Below are positions 37,823-50,500 of a DNA stretch of 64,000 bases, in pieces; the stretch's first letter is position 1, and each line of letters opens with the position of its first letter. The translations under genes and the position numbers were made by a program. Source of the stretch: Octopus sinensis (Eukaryota); the NCBI RefSeq assembly GCF_006345805.1, contig NC_043021.1, forward strand, positions 3,968,001 to 4,032,000, written 5' to 3'. The notes under the pieces were generated by a model. It saw only the letters and a program-made list of their open reading frames with translations, was not told where the DNA came from and did not search any database.

Positions 37823-38139
37823 CATGCCTCAGATGTACCATGAGATTCCCAGCTACAGCCTTCCACCCTCATATAATGTGGGGTAGCCATGTACCTCCTC
37901 TGTAGCAAGACACCTCTGTTTGTCCCTCAGTCACACTTTAGCCTTTCAACACCTCCCTTTGTCAAATTCTCCCACCCAACTTAACCAGGGGAGATTTTCC
38001 CCTCTGTTTTGTTTTCTCTGACACTGAAACATGATGCAATCCTTGAGCTCATTGGATCCTGTCAAACCATCCAGCCCATATCCGCATGGAACATGGATGT
38101 TAAATGATGATGATGATAATACTGATGACTTTCTTTAAG

Positions 38140-38385
38140 GGTCAGATAAAGATCCTCTTTGGGGTACAAGTCTAGCAAATTTGTTTATGGAAAAACCAGC
38201 AGTCGCCCATTCATACCAGCTTCCCCTCTCTATGTGACTGTTGTTATCCAAGGGAAAGGCTGGTACAGTTTGGCACCAGTGATGTCACAACTCATTTCTG
38301 CAGTTGAGTAAACTGGAACTGAGTGAAATGAAGTGTCATGCTCAAGGACCTAACACTCTAACCACTGAGCCATTCACCTTCCTTA
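38140..38385 (-). mobile_element. SINE-C, degenerate
   Basis: cagcagtcgcccattcataccagc...caactcatttctgcag...aaccactgagcc. Confidence 0.7.
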
Positions 38386-38999
38386 AGGGTCATTATTTAT
38401 ATTTAATGAAGTTGATTGAGTGAAACGATTGGTTCCAGTTTGAAATACAGTTGGGCAGTGTCATACAAGTAAATTGTGACACTTGGAGAGGAAGAAAATA
38501 TGAGGTGGTGCTGTGATGCTCATGCCTTTCTCTAGCAATGTTTGTTAGGTTGTTGAGGCAGAAATCCAACTGAAAACCCGAAAACCAAATTCACACACAC
38601 ATAATGAGCATACTCCTACACTTATATAACATGTATACACATAAATGAATAATGAATGTCAAGTGATTAGATGTGTTTGAGAGAGAGAGAAAGATGGGGG
38701 GCAGAGAATGAGGGGAGAGAGAGAGAAATAGATAGGGATAGCATAAGGGATAGATTGAGAGAAAGTGGGGGAAAGAGACAGAATGAGGGGAGAGAAAAAC
38801 AGGGAGAGAAAGATAGAGAGAATATAAGGGAAAAGAGATAGATAGATAAATAGAAAGAGAGAGAGAGAGAAAGAAAGCATAAGAGAGAGACAGAGACAAT
38901 GAGAGAAAGAGACAGATCAAGAGCAAGGGGAGAGAAGATAGAGAAAGAGGAAGACTATGAGGGAAAGAGAGAGAAGTATATATATATATATATATAGAC

Positions 39000-39032
<33 letters not shown>

Positions 39033-39824
39033 TAGTAAGGGAAAGAGACAAATTAAGATTGAAGGAAGAGAGGAAGAGAGAGAGAAAGAGAGAAAAATGT
39101 GTTTTGGTCTTTGTCTTACTTGTTTGGGAACTCAGCTGTTGTTGTTGTTGTTGTTGTCATTAATGCAATTGATTTGTCGGTATGTAAATAAATTTAATTA
39201 GCCATGTCAATATTTAATAGCAGCAGACCTGTCTTCTCTTGCTCTCTCCATCAAGACTACTCTTTTTAATATATGAGCTAATTAGTTTACACTCTAGTTA
39301 AGTACATCAAACTACTTACTCCCAATGTGATCAAGTCCATTTTTGTTACTTCTGCTGTTGTTGTTGTCTAGGTCCTTAAGCTAGGTAATATACTTATTAA
39401 TGTAAACCATTAATCTACTAGTAACTAGATTTACTGGAGTTGCAGTTGAGTCACTTAAGTAGACTAAATATATGTTAGTCAGCTGGTACAAGAAGACTGA
39501 CAGCTATGTTCATGTAAGAAAGAATTTCACTTCACAATCACAGGATTCTGAAGAAATTGGTTCCATTGTCTGACACTGTCTTGAATTAACCCAAACCTTC
39601 TGAGTGTGAATTTGGCAGCCGGAAACTGTACAGAAGCTTACGGTACATGTATGTATATTAATGTGTTTGTGACGTGTATGTACCATTATACGATGGACCG
39701 TGAAGTCTGGCGTAGCATGGTAAATTCCATTGTCTAGACCATGGTCGAACAATGATGATGATGATGATAAACAAACCAAAACTGGCTGTCAAAGAGAGAC
39801 ATACACGCACGCAGACATACACAC

Positions 39825-39977
39825 ATGACAGGCTTCTTACAGTTTCCATCTACCGAATCTACTCATAAGGCTTTGGTTAACCCAGGGCTATAGTAGAAGA
39901 CATTTACTCAAGGTGCTGCACAGTGGGGTTGAACATGAAACCATATGGTTGAGAGGTAAACTTCTGACCACACAGTC
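39825..39977 (-). mobile_element. SINE-B head half
   Basis: ggcttcttacagtttccatctacc...cttctgaccacacagtc. Confidence 0.7.
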
Positions 39978-40391
39978 ATATTTTTCTAAAATTTTAAACA
40001 ATTATTATCTATCTTCTCAAAGGAGTTTTCATCTACTAATTGCATGGATAATCTCAAACTTTTTTTCAACACATTATAAATGTGAATCCTTACCATATAT
40101 GTATTTACTTTACATCCATATTTCCATGCTAGCATGGATTAGATGAATAGTTCCCAAAGTGAGTGGCCCCCTCTCCTCTCCCGGGTGCGATGGAAAGATC
40201 CAGGAGGGCATTGAGAAAAATTGGGACGATGAATGGCAATGCCCACCTCTGCTCAAGGACAATGCACTGCCAAGAATTGAACATACAACTGTACGATAGT
40301 GAGCAGAATACCTTAACCACTAAGCCACATGCCTTCACACAAAATAATGGGTTCATTAGTTTAAGTTTTATTTGTGAAATATAGTGGTTTG

Positions 40392-40668
40392 GAATTGGAC
40401 TGTGGCCAAGCTAGGGCACTGATTTCACTGATTTCAAGTCAAATAAATCGACTCCAGTAGTAATTTTGTAAGACTGGTACTTATTCTATTAGCTCCTTTT
40501 GCTGAACTGCTAAGTTGCAGGGATGTAAACAAGGCAACACCAGCAGTCAAGTGGTAATGTCGAACACATACACACACACACAAACATAGATGAAAAGTTT
40601 CTTTTCAGTTTCTGTCTACCAAATCCACTCACAAGGCTTTGGTTGGCCTGGGGCTATAGTAGAACACT
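40392..40668 (-). mobile_element. SINE-B, degenerate
   Basis: gactgtggccaagct...aaatccactcacaaggctttgg. Confidence 0.7.
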
Positions 40669-40899
40669 AGGAATGTAACGTGGGTGCTGAGGTGTAAAAG
40701 TTTGGAAATCCCTGAGTTAGATGAATACATATTTTTGAGGCATTGTTCTACAACCAAATGACCTTCTTATTAGCTAACCCTTAAGCAAAAGATTTTGTTC
40801 TTTATTCCCTAAGTCTTTCAAAGTGCAGAGTTGAAGGTTGATTTGTTGGCAAGGAATAACAATGAACTTCACCATACTTCACATTCAGCACTTTCTTTT

Positions 40900-41400
40900 T
40901 AAATGCAAAGTGCAAAATGCAAGCATTCAAAACACATATGTGCACACACACACGTGCATGCACATACGGAATGCAAACATTTACAGATTTATATACATAC
41001 TGCAGAATGTAAACATTCACACACATGCACATACATATACACACACATGCACATGTGCATACACACATATACACGTGCATACACACTCACATGTAAACAA
41101 ACACATACATACTTCAGAGTGCAAACATTCACACACACATACACCATAGAATTTAAATATTTACACACACACACACACAAAAAAGTGTAAACATTCATAC
41201 ATACAAGTACCATAGAATGTAAACGTTTACACACACATACTTCAGAATGCAAACATTCACACACACACATACACCATAAAATGTAAACATTTACACACAT
41301 ACTGCTGAATGTAAACATTTATTCACACATATACACACACCCCATAGAATTTATACAGTTAAATATACACACTGCAGAATGTAAGCATTCACACCCACAC
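40900..41400. repeat. CA-rich minisatellite with recurring (g/t)aatgtaaacatt units
   Basis: Direct reading. Confidence 0.85.
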
Positions 41401-41649
41401 ACGTGACTGGTGGGACGAAGAGAGGCAGTTTTCACAGATCAAAGACATTTGGTTTTTGTCCATTACCATCTTGCCTCCCGAGGCTCTTGGAGCCAAGTAA
41501 CTCAGTTTCCATGGCGCATAAATAACTGACATCATGACACACCCCACAAACAGGACACCAGTCGGTCACAGGGGTTACTCAATCACAACTGAGGGAACTG
41601 GAACAACGTGAAATGAAGAACACATGCACTGCCTGGTATGAGAACCAAA

Positions 41650-41879
41650 GGCGGCGAGCTGGCAGAAACGTTAGCACGCCGGGCGAAATGCTTTGCGGTA
41701 TTTCGTCTGCCGTTACGTTGTGAGTTCAAATTCCGCCGAGGTCGACTTTGGCTTTCATCCTTTCGGGGTCGATAAATTAAGCACCAGTTACGCACTGGGG
41801 TCGATGTAATCGACTTAATACCTATGTCTGTCCTTGTTTGTCCCCTCTATGTTTAGCCCCTTGTGGGTAATAAAGAAAT
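41650..41879 (+). mobile_element. SINE-A full length, nested in an older minus-strand SINE
   Basis: 16-bp TSD tggtatgagaaccaaa at 41634 and 41880. Confidence 0.97.
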
Positions 41880-42125
41880 TGGTATGAGAACCAAAATTGT
41901 GATTTTGCAATCATGGGTGCAGCACCCAAACCATTAGGCCATGCACCTTGATCCAAATATTTACAAGAATGGCTTGTGCTAAAAAAAGGTACCCACGAAC
42001 CAGCTTTGGTTGGCTTAGGGCTGTAGTAGAAGGTATCTTGTCTATGATACCACACAGTGGGACTGAACCTGAAACCACAGAGTTGGGAAGTAAACTTCAC
42101 AGCATGCAACCCTACCAATAAAAGT

Positions 42126-42352
42126 TAGTTAGTTAGTTAATTTTTTGGCTCAAAAAGCAAAAAGCAAGGCCATGTAGGGGGACATGGAGTTATGTACAGG
42201 GTGGTGTTCATGTAAAGAGTTCAGGCCACTTGAGGTCAAGGGAGACTTTGAACCGAGCGGTCGTCGGCATCTTCACCATCTCGTCTGGCAGCTTATTCCA
42301 CGGTTCCGCAACCCGGACGGAGAATGCCCCTCTCCTTCGATTGAGATGAAAG
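42126..42352 (-). mobile_element. CR1-group LINE 3' end with (TAAC)n tail
   Basis: AFSVRVAEPWNKLPDEMVKMPTTARFKVSLDLKWPELFT*; open frame, CpGs intact. Confidence 0.85.
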
Positions 42353-43060
42353 TAAATGGATAGCAGGTTTAAATTTAGGTCTTGTTTCCAAACTGTCCCA
42401 TTTATAGATGCAAATGAGCAATCATTTTAAAATTAAAAATAAAATAAAATATCTGAAACACTTCAGGCCTCAAGCACTTCAGATACGGAATAAAACTGTC
42501 TCTCATTGTGTTGGACATTGATATGTCTGTTTGGACTCTCTGCCCAAATTTCTCATCATGCTCCTCTGTCAGAAAATGATTTAAATAGTTAATTTATATT
42601 ATCACATGATCTTTCAACTGACTCGTGCTCTCTTTGGTTAGCTATCTCACAATCTTAATCAGATCGATAGTCAGTCAATTAGATGGCTTATAATCTCGTT
42701 AGGTCCTCGAACTCATTAAATAACAATGACATTTGAAAATTTGAAGATTATTTTCACATTACGTAAAATATATTGTAAATCAATTTTACTTTTTCGATTT
42801 CTTTCATATATTGTTAACCCGTCTCACCTCGTTCGGAAAATGTTTTGTTCCAACATCAGCAATAACCACATTTTTGATTCCAAGTATGACATGAACTTTC
42901 ATCATCCCATATCAAAATGACGCAAGCAAAACATTCACTTTTCGAAAGCTTTATATTGTGTCAAAGTTTGGAAGTGTCCTAGTTTTGGGAATATTCAAAC
43001 TGGTCACTAAGAGGTACTGGACTTTTCAACACACACACACATGTATTGGTGCATGTAGGC

Positions 43061-43292
43061 TTAACCCTTTAGTGTTCGCATTATTCTGCCAAAATTAATG
43101 CTTTTTTTTATCCACATTGTTTTGAACTAATCAGGCATTATCTTGTAGCTATGAGATTTTGATGAGGTAGCTGTTAATTTTTAAAAACGATATTGTAGGG
43201 TTGGTATGAGAGACCAGATCTGGCCAGTTTGAACATAAAACAGGCAGAATACTTTTGGCTGGATATGGCCGGTTTAAATGCTAAAGGGTTAA
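43061..43292 (+). mobile_element. TTAA MITE
   Basis: ttaaccctttag...ctaaagggttaa. Confidence 0.85.
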
Positions 43293-43409
43293 TGTCCACT
43301 TCATCAGATTTGCAGGGATCAAGCAGAATTCACTGAGACACATTTTTCTACAGCTGGATGCCTTTGTGTCACCAACCCTCACCTGTTTCCAAGCAAGGTA
43401 AACACACAC

Positions 43410-43510
43410 ACAAGAATGTTGTTGACCAGTGACTTTGAAGATTTAGCCAGATAAGCCATCATTGGGCAGTCTGGCCCAAACTTCAAAGTCACTATCAACA
43501 ATATTCTTGT
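43410..43510. repeat. 101-nt foldback
   Basis: Arms acaagaatgttgttgaccagtgactttgaag and cttcaaagtcactatcaacaatattcttgt. Confidence 0.85.
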
Positions 43511-43739
43511 TTAGCCCTTTAGTGTTCACATTATTCTGCCAATACTAATGCTTATTCATCCAAATTGTTTTGAACTAATCATGAATTATCTTGGTGCTAT
43601 GAAATTTTGATGAGGTAGCTGTTAATTTTTAAAACGATATTGTAGAGCTGGTGTGAGAGACCAGATCTGGCCAGGCTGAACATAAAACAGGCAGAATACT
43701 TTTGGCTGGATATAGCCGGTTTAAATGCTAAAGGGTTAA
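43511..43739 (+). mobile_element. TTAA MITE
   Basis: Near-identical to 43061-43292. Confidence 0.85.
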
Positions 43740-43981
43740 GAATGATAAATTTGTATTCTACAAAAGTATAGAGCAGGGGTGGGCAACCTTTTCGAGAGTG
43801 CGTGTCAAAACTGGCAAAATCTCTGACACAAAATTCTTCCAAGTGCCAACCAAATTTTGTTGAGAACATATTAGATTGGATAACTTAAAGAATCCAATCA
43901 TCCAATCAGCATGAGTGAGTTTCGTCATGTGACCACTTGCAGAAAACAAACATGCAAGCTGTTATGAGCCTATTTTAAATA

Positions 43982-44213
43982 TATTTCTTTACTACCCACA
44001 AGGGGCTAAACACAGAGGGGACAAACAAGGACAGACAAAGCGATTAAGTCGATTCCATCGACCCCAGTGCTAAACTGGTACGTAACTTATCGACCCCGAA
44101 AGGATGAAAGGCAAAGTCAACCTTGGCGGAATTTGAACTCAGAACGTAACGGCAGACGAAATACGGCTACGCATTTCGCCCGGCGTGCTAACGTTTCTGC
44201 CAGCTCGCCGCCT
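43982..44213 (-). mobile_element. SINE-A full length
   Basis: Complete head, body and tail 1. Confidence 0.95.
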
Positions 44214-44426
44214 AAACAAACCAAACTGTGAATATATACCTGCTACAATTGCAATATCAAAACTACAAGACATTAGAAATACCAATTCGAGGAAGACAAG
44301 ACCAACAAGCTGAACCCTGTTGCATTAAAAACTTCTTTTATTTCTAAGATAATTATTAACCTTCAGTTCTCAGATTAACTGCAAATACTTAGAGTAGGAA
44401 AAAGGAATAAATAGTAAGAAATTGTC

Positions 44427-45039
44427 TTAACCCTTTAGCATTCACACCATTCTGCCAAATGTAATGTTTATTTGGATCTTTTCGGTTTGAACGGCAGTTT
44501 TTTCTAGTGGTGTCATATGAATTTGTCACCCATAATTATGACCCTAGTATCGATCTATTGCATTTCAATCTGTTTTAGGGTTAGGGTTAGTTAGGGTTAG
44601 GGGTGGGGGAAGGGTATCTTTTTTTCTTCAAAAATGTAAATAAACCCAATCTGTTTCTTAAACGAGGGACATATTCATATGGCACAGAATGATTTTTACC
44701 TCAATAGACGTAATTGATTGGTTGAAACGGCAGAAATTGAAGAAAAAAAAACAACAAATATCTTACAAACTATAGAATTTTCTCAATAAAGCCAAGAGAA
44801 AAAGATGTTTTATAAACACATTCTACCAGTATACGAAGTTTAAAATTTTTTAGTTGCCTAGAAATTATGTTAAAAAACTGCCAGTCAAACCGAAAAGATC
44901 CGGCTGATTTATTAACGTTTTCAATTCATCATGCATTGTTTATTTTTAGACTGACATTGTAGGGTAGGTGTGAGAGGCCAGATATGGTTGATTTGAACAT
45001 AAAAACAAGAAAAATATTTGGACTGGTTTAAATTGTTAA
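44427..45039 (+). mobile_element. TTAA MITE interrupted by the 44474-44901 element
   Basis: MITE sequence on both sides of the insert. Confidence 0.7.
44474..44901. mobile_element. Unclassified 428-bp TIR element with internal TTAGGG repeats
   Basis: TIR of about 30 bp, ggatcttttcggtttga(ac/ct)ggcagtttttt; TTAGGG repeats at 44575-44602. Confidence 0.8.
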
Positions 45040-45098
45040 ACAATCACTGCACCATTCAGCCAAATGTGTGCCATTTATTGGTGTTTACTTTGTTGCAG

Positions 45099-45158
45099 GT
45101 ATTCCGACAAGTTTACCCAGTAAAAGGATAACAGTCTTTCATTCATCCACCCCTTTTG
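45099..45158 (+). CDS. Candidate isolated 60-nt phase 1-1 exon, (G)IPTSLPSKRITVFHSSTPF
   Basis: Acceptor tttactttgttgcag, donor TTG|gtaagg, only the symmetric frame is open; no homology recognised. Confidence 0.3.
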
Positions 45159-45461
45159 GTAAGGAGCCTGAAAATAACCAATAGGCATTGCCATTTCTTG
45201 TCTGACAAAGCAAAACAACAGTAACAAAACTAGTACCTCTTGTCTATTGATATGTCAAATGCATACAAGATACACAGAGGCGGTCAACTATTTCTCCTGC
45301 ATAAATTAGCCTATGTCTTTAAATGTCCAAGTATTGTCTGGCTTATCTGTGAATCTGATGTAGGTTTATCAAAAACTAAAAACTGCTCAAATAACAAATA
45401 TTGGCAATATTCTAATTTGTAGATTTGTCAAACCTGCCTCTAGAAGCATCGATTTAAAATC

Positions 45462-45523
<62 letters not shown>

Positions 45524-45529
<6 letters not shown>

Positions 45530-45693
45530 CAGTATAAGGAATGGCCATAATAGGCCATTCGACTCACTAGAAAGAGCAGTCAAACATAAACCGCTAATAG
45601 TTGTAATTCTGAAATTGAAAGAGCGGTTTGAGTTTGGCTGCTCTTTCTAGTGAGTCGAATAGCCTATTATGGCCATTCCTTTTATTGTTGAAT
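45524..45693. repeat. Foldback with 72-bp arms (66/72 match) and 26-nt loop
   Basis: Manual alignment of 45524-45595 with the reverse complement of 45622-45693. Confidence 0.92.
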
Positions 45694-45861
45694 GTATATT
45701 ATATAGTCTTTGACTATCTTCTCTTTCTCGTTAGACCGCTGGTAGCGGAGAATTTTTTCTAGAATCTTTTGCTACCCTTATATTTATTAATTAATAAATA
45801 TATATATGGCGGTGCCCCAGCATGGCCACAGCTCATGAGCTGAAACTAGAATCAATCATAT

Positions 45862-45980
45862 ATACTCTTTTACTTGTTTCAGTCATTTGACTGCAGCCAT
45901 GCTGGAGCACCGCCTTTTAGTCGAGCAAATCGACCCTGGGACTTATTCTTTGTAAGCCCAGTACTTATTCTATCGGTTTC
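45862..45980 (-). mobile_element. SINE-B 3' part
   Basis: tacttgtttcagtcatttgactgcagccatgctggagcaccgcc. Confidence 0.85.
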
Positions 45981-46559
45981 TTTATAAAATTAAATAAGGG
46001 TAGAAATTGATATTAATCAATTAAAACCAGTGGTCTAGCATATTTTTTTTCTAATTTCTAATCTTCATATTTAAAAAAAATTTTTAATTATATATATATA
46101 TATATATATAACATAATCTCACTATGCCTAAGTGTAACATTTATATGTGTGTATGAAATCATAAAATTTATTAGTTACAAGTTAGGTAAATATATATTAA
46201 GCCATATAGATAGGGTGACATAAGGTAACAAGTTGTAGAGAAATTGAAACATATACAAACCAGCAGGTAAACAGATCAGCTCTTACGAATTAGATAAACA
46301 GGTGGATAAAACAGGTAGTTTATAAAGATGGACAGACAAGGGAACAGAAGATATATGGCCAAATAAACAGGTAAATAGACACACATACGTGCATGCATGC
46401 ATACACACACAGAGACGTAGCGGGAGAGAGAGAGAGAGAGAGGGGGGTAATTAACTAGGCAGACAGGTAAATACCTTGTAAGACAGACAAGCAGCCATAC
46501 AGACAAAAGCTAAACGGTGACAGAAGCACCCAACAACAATAAATTTTGACTGCCAGTAA

Positions 46560-47085
46560 TTATGTGCGCGTTTGTATGTGTGTACGTACACGTATACGTA
46601 TGTGCGTGCGCACGCATACGTACGTACGTACAGACGAGCGTACGTACGTACGTACGTATTTATGTACATAACATTATGTGGGGGAGAATAGGTAGTTCTT
46701 CGATAACACGTGCGAGCACGAGGGTTGTTGGTATGGTGAAAGGGGGGGGGGCGGAGGGAGGGTGGAGGAAGAAGCAAACACAGCTGATGGTGGGAGGAGG
46801 AAGGTAAAACAGAAAGGATACGCGTGCGCGACGGAGCGAGCGAGCGAAAGAGAGAGAGACAGAGAGAGAGAAAGAGAGAGAGAGAGAATGATGGCTTAAG
46901 TTGCGAATGTACGACAAAGAACAAAAGGTATGACTTGCAGGTGACGACGACGACGACGGCGTCTGGAGTGCACGTGCGATGGTCAATGACAAGCGGAGTG
47001 TGAGTGATGACGAGTGGGAGGGAGGGAGTTTGGGGGGGGGGCGGGCGGAGGGAGGCGGAGGTGGGGGGAGAGCGATTAAGTCAGT

Positions 47086-47100
<15 letters not shown>
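46560..47100. promoter_or_regulatory. CpG-rich stretch with (TACG)n, G-runs and GAGA tracts; promoter-like
   Basis: Dense CpG; G-quadruplex pattern at 47016-47068; composition only. Confidence 0.35.
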
Positions 47101-47126
<26 letters not shown>

Positions 47127-47299
47127 AGAGAGAGAAGCACATGATAGCGATTTGTGTGTTACTAACAGGATGTCACTTTGGAGATCCGATAAGGTAGATA
47201 GATAGAGAGATAGAGAGATAGATGGCAAAGTAGGAGAGGCATGTTGGTAGGGAAGAGAGAGAGAGGAAAGTGATGAATAATATATTCGTGTCTGTTTTA

Positions 47300-47306
47300 T
47301 ATGAGC

Positions 47307-47337
<31 letters not shown>

Positions 47338-47748
47338 TATATATATATGCACATACATATACATGTGTGAGTATATATATATATATATATAGATAGATAG
47401 ATATATATACAGACACAAATATACATGTGTGTGAGTAAATATATATATATATATACACACATATACATACATACGTATACATACATTATAATACGATATA
47501 TATATATATATATATATATACATTAATAAAACATATACATAAATACACACACACACATATATATATATATAAATACATACATACATACATATATATACAC
47601 ACATACGTGTATTCTGTTGTGTCTGGGGAGAGTCATTTTCTTTTTGTGCCTTATAATTTAACACACACACACCGGTAGAATATGCTTCAACACACGAACT
47701 CACATAAAGAATCTTGCAAACCACATCTAAAAACGAAGTACATACGTT

Positions 47749-47796
<48 letters not shown>

Positions 47797-48050
47797 CACA
47801 CACATTCATACGTAAATACATACATATATATATACACACAAATATATATATATGTGTACACACACACACAAATATATGTATATATATACACACATACATA
47901 TATACATGTATATACACATACACGCACGTGTATATATATATGTATGTATGTATATTACCTACCCTCCCATATCTATACAACAAATATATACATACATATT
48001 GAGAGATAAAGACACATACATACATACATACATGTGCGCGCAAACATATG
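47300..48050. repeat. (TA)/(CA) compound microsatellites
   Basis: Direct reading. Confidence 0.9.
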
Positions 48051-48369
48051 TACGTTTTGTATTCCTGTTGCCTTCACCATCGCCATAATCACAAGTCACC
48101 ATAATTATCATCGATATTGTGACAAAAACGTTTAGAGCGAATGGCCCGACCCTTAAGTAGTATGCGTCTGTAAGGTCAGGGTAATCCTGGATCTGGTGGG
48201 GTCCCTTGATCTGACCCCAGTTTTGAATTTCTCCTGGATCAGGAGGGCGGTATCACGTTCATTTTATCACATATTTCGTATACTATGTATGTGTTATATA
48301 CTTTTATCCCATTTCACTGTCTTTCGCCCCAATTTGTCTGTCCTTGTGATGTTCCACCTCATCTATACC

Positions 48370-48885
48370 CCAGTAGAGGTCGACTTTGCCTTTCGTCTTT
48401 CTAGGGGTCGATAAAATAAATGCCAGTTGTGAACTGGGGGGTCAATGAATTCGACTATCCCCTCGCCCAAATTTCAGACCTTGTGCCTATATCAGAAAAA
48501 TTATTATTATTTATTATTAAAATTCTTTCTTTATTTTATTGTATACCGTGAATACTTTCAAATTTTTGCTAAAAATCATTTCACATTATATGTAAATCAC
48601 CCACACTTAATGTCTGTCTTTGTGTATCGGTCCCCATTAATCCTTCGTTCTGGTGGCAAAATACAAGAAGGCAGAATCTTTCACGAAATGCTTAGCGCTA
48701 TTTCGCTCGTCGCTACGTCCTGAGTTCAAATTCTTCAGAGGGTTGACTTTGCCTTTCATCTTTTACGGGGGTCGATAATATATATGTACCAGTGAAACAC
48801 AGGAGTCGATGTAATCGACTAGTCACCCTCCCCAACAAATTTCAAGCCGTGTGACTATAGTAGAAAAGATTATTTTCATCATCAT
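48370..48885 (+). mobile_element. Two SINE-A (tail 2) copies (about 48370-48510 and 48680-48885)
   Basis: gtcgactttgcctttc...aaatttcagaccttgtgcctata...gattatt. Confidence 0.8.
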
Positions 48886-48889
48886 CATG

Positions 48890-48921
<32 letters not shown>

Positions 48922-48930
48922 CATATTATT

Positions 48931-49058
48931 TGATGTTACACTGTTTTTACACGATTTTTTCACAAACGGACAAAACCCTTTGTAACCTTTCGTCCGGTTT
49001 TGTCCCTTTATGTTTTTCTAATCATATTTGTCAGCCCTTTGTGGCCAATAAAAAGAAT
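48931..49058 (+). mobile_element. Short 3' end of a Tx1-like LINE
   Basis: Terminus gccctttgtggccaataaaaagaat matches the 3' end of 51301-53775; (ATT)n on both sides. Confidence 0.55.
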
Positions 49059-49060
49059 GA

Positions 49061-49112
49061 ATTATTATTATTATCATCATTATCATTATTATTATCATTA
49101 TTATTATTATTA

Positions 49113-49143
<31 letters not shown>

Positions 49144-49367
49144 CATTATTATTATTACCATTATTATCATCATCATCATCATTATTATTATTATCATTAT
49201 TATTATTATCATTATTATTATCATTATCATTATTATTATTATTATCATTATCATCATTATTATTATTATCATTATCATCATTATTATTATTGTTATTATT
49301 ATCATTATTATTATTATCATTATTATTATCATTATCATTATTATTATTGTTATTATTATCATTATTA

Positions 49368-49398
<31 letters not shown>

Positions 49399-49415
49399 TA
49401 TTATTGTTATTATTA

Positions 49416-49449
<34 letters not shown>

Positions 49450-49497
49450 CATTATTATTATTATCATTATTATTATCATATCATCATTATTATTATT

Positions 49498-49530
<33 letters not shown>

Positions 49531-49596
49531 GTTATTATTATCATCATTATTATTATAATTATTATCATTATCATCATTATTATTATTATTATTATT
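49061..49596. repeat. (TAT/CAT)n triplet tract of about 535 bp
   Basis: Direct reading; source of the poly-Y/H, poly-L/S and poly-N/I ORFs. Confidence 0.97.
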
Positions 49597-50109
49597 GGGG
49601 TTAATTTTGCCTGTCATTTTTTTTCATCCTGTCCCCTGCTCTCCGTGTGTGTGTGGATGGGCGGGTGTGGGTTCAGTAAAGCCAAGCTCCTGCGCTGAAA
49701 ATGGTGTCAACCGAGTTAATAAAATATTCTCACCTTCCCCCCCGCTACCACCACCGCCGCCGCTGCTGCTACCGCTGCTGCTCGACTCTACTCTACTCCC
49801 ACCACCACCACCACCAGCACAAATCGAACCTTGTAGTCAAACGAAATCATTAATAAAACATTGACATGAAAGTAGCAGCAGTAGTCGTAGCAGCAGTAGT
49901 CGTAGTAGTAGTAGTCGCGGTGGTGGTGGTGGTGGTGGTGGTGGTGGTGGTGGAGGCAAAACGGGCGAAATGAATAACAATTATTATATTGGAACATTTA
50001 GTCAGAGAAAGCAATTCTATATAAAAATAAAAAAGGGTGGTGGTGGTCACGGTTGGAACGTCTGCGATTTATAGGTCTTACTCGAAACTACATGCACAAT
50101 ACAGCTGGG

Positions 50110-50500
50110 CGACACATGCACACATACATACGTATATATATACACACACATACGTACACACACATATATACACACGTATAAATATATACATACACACACG
50201 TACACACACGTATAAATATATACATATGTATATATACATATGCACACGTACACACACACATATACACACGTATAAATATATACATATGCATACGTACACA
50301 CACATATACACACGTATAAATATATACATATGTATATATACATATACACACGTACACACACACATATAAACACGTATAAATATATACATACGCACACGTA
50401 CACACACATATACACACGTATAAATATATACATATGTATATATACATACGCACACATATATAAATATATACATATGTATATATACATATACACACATATA
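50110..50500. repeat. Higher-order (CA/TA) minisatellite with cacgtataaatatatacat units
   Basis: Direct reading. Confidence 0.9.

Noticed and set aside
44575-44602. True telomere or chromosome-fusion scar
   Set aside because: Only about four units, enclosed within a TIR element.
48930-49698. Poly-Tyr/His, poly-Leu and poly-Asn/Ile ORFs (also 54372-54930, 6150-6596)
   Set aside because: Triplet-repeat artefacts with no splice or homology support.
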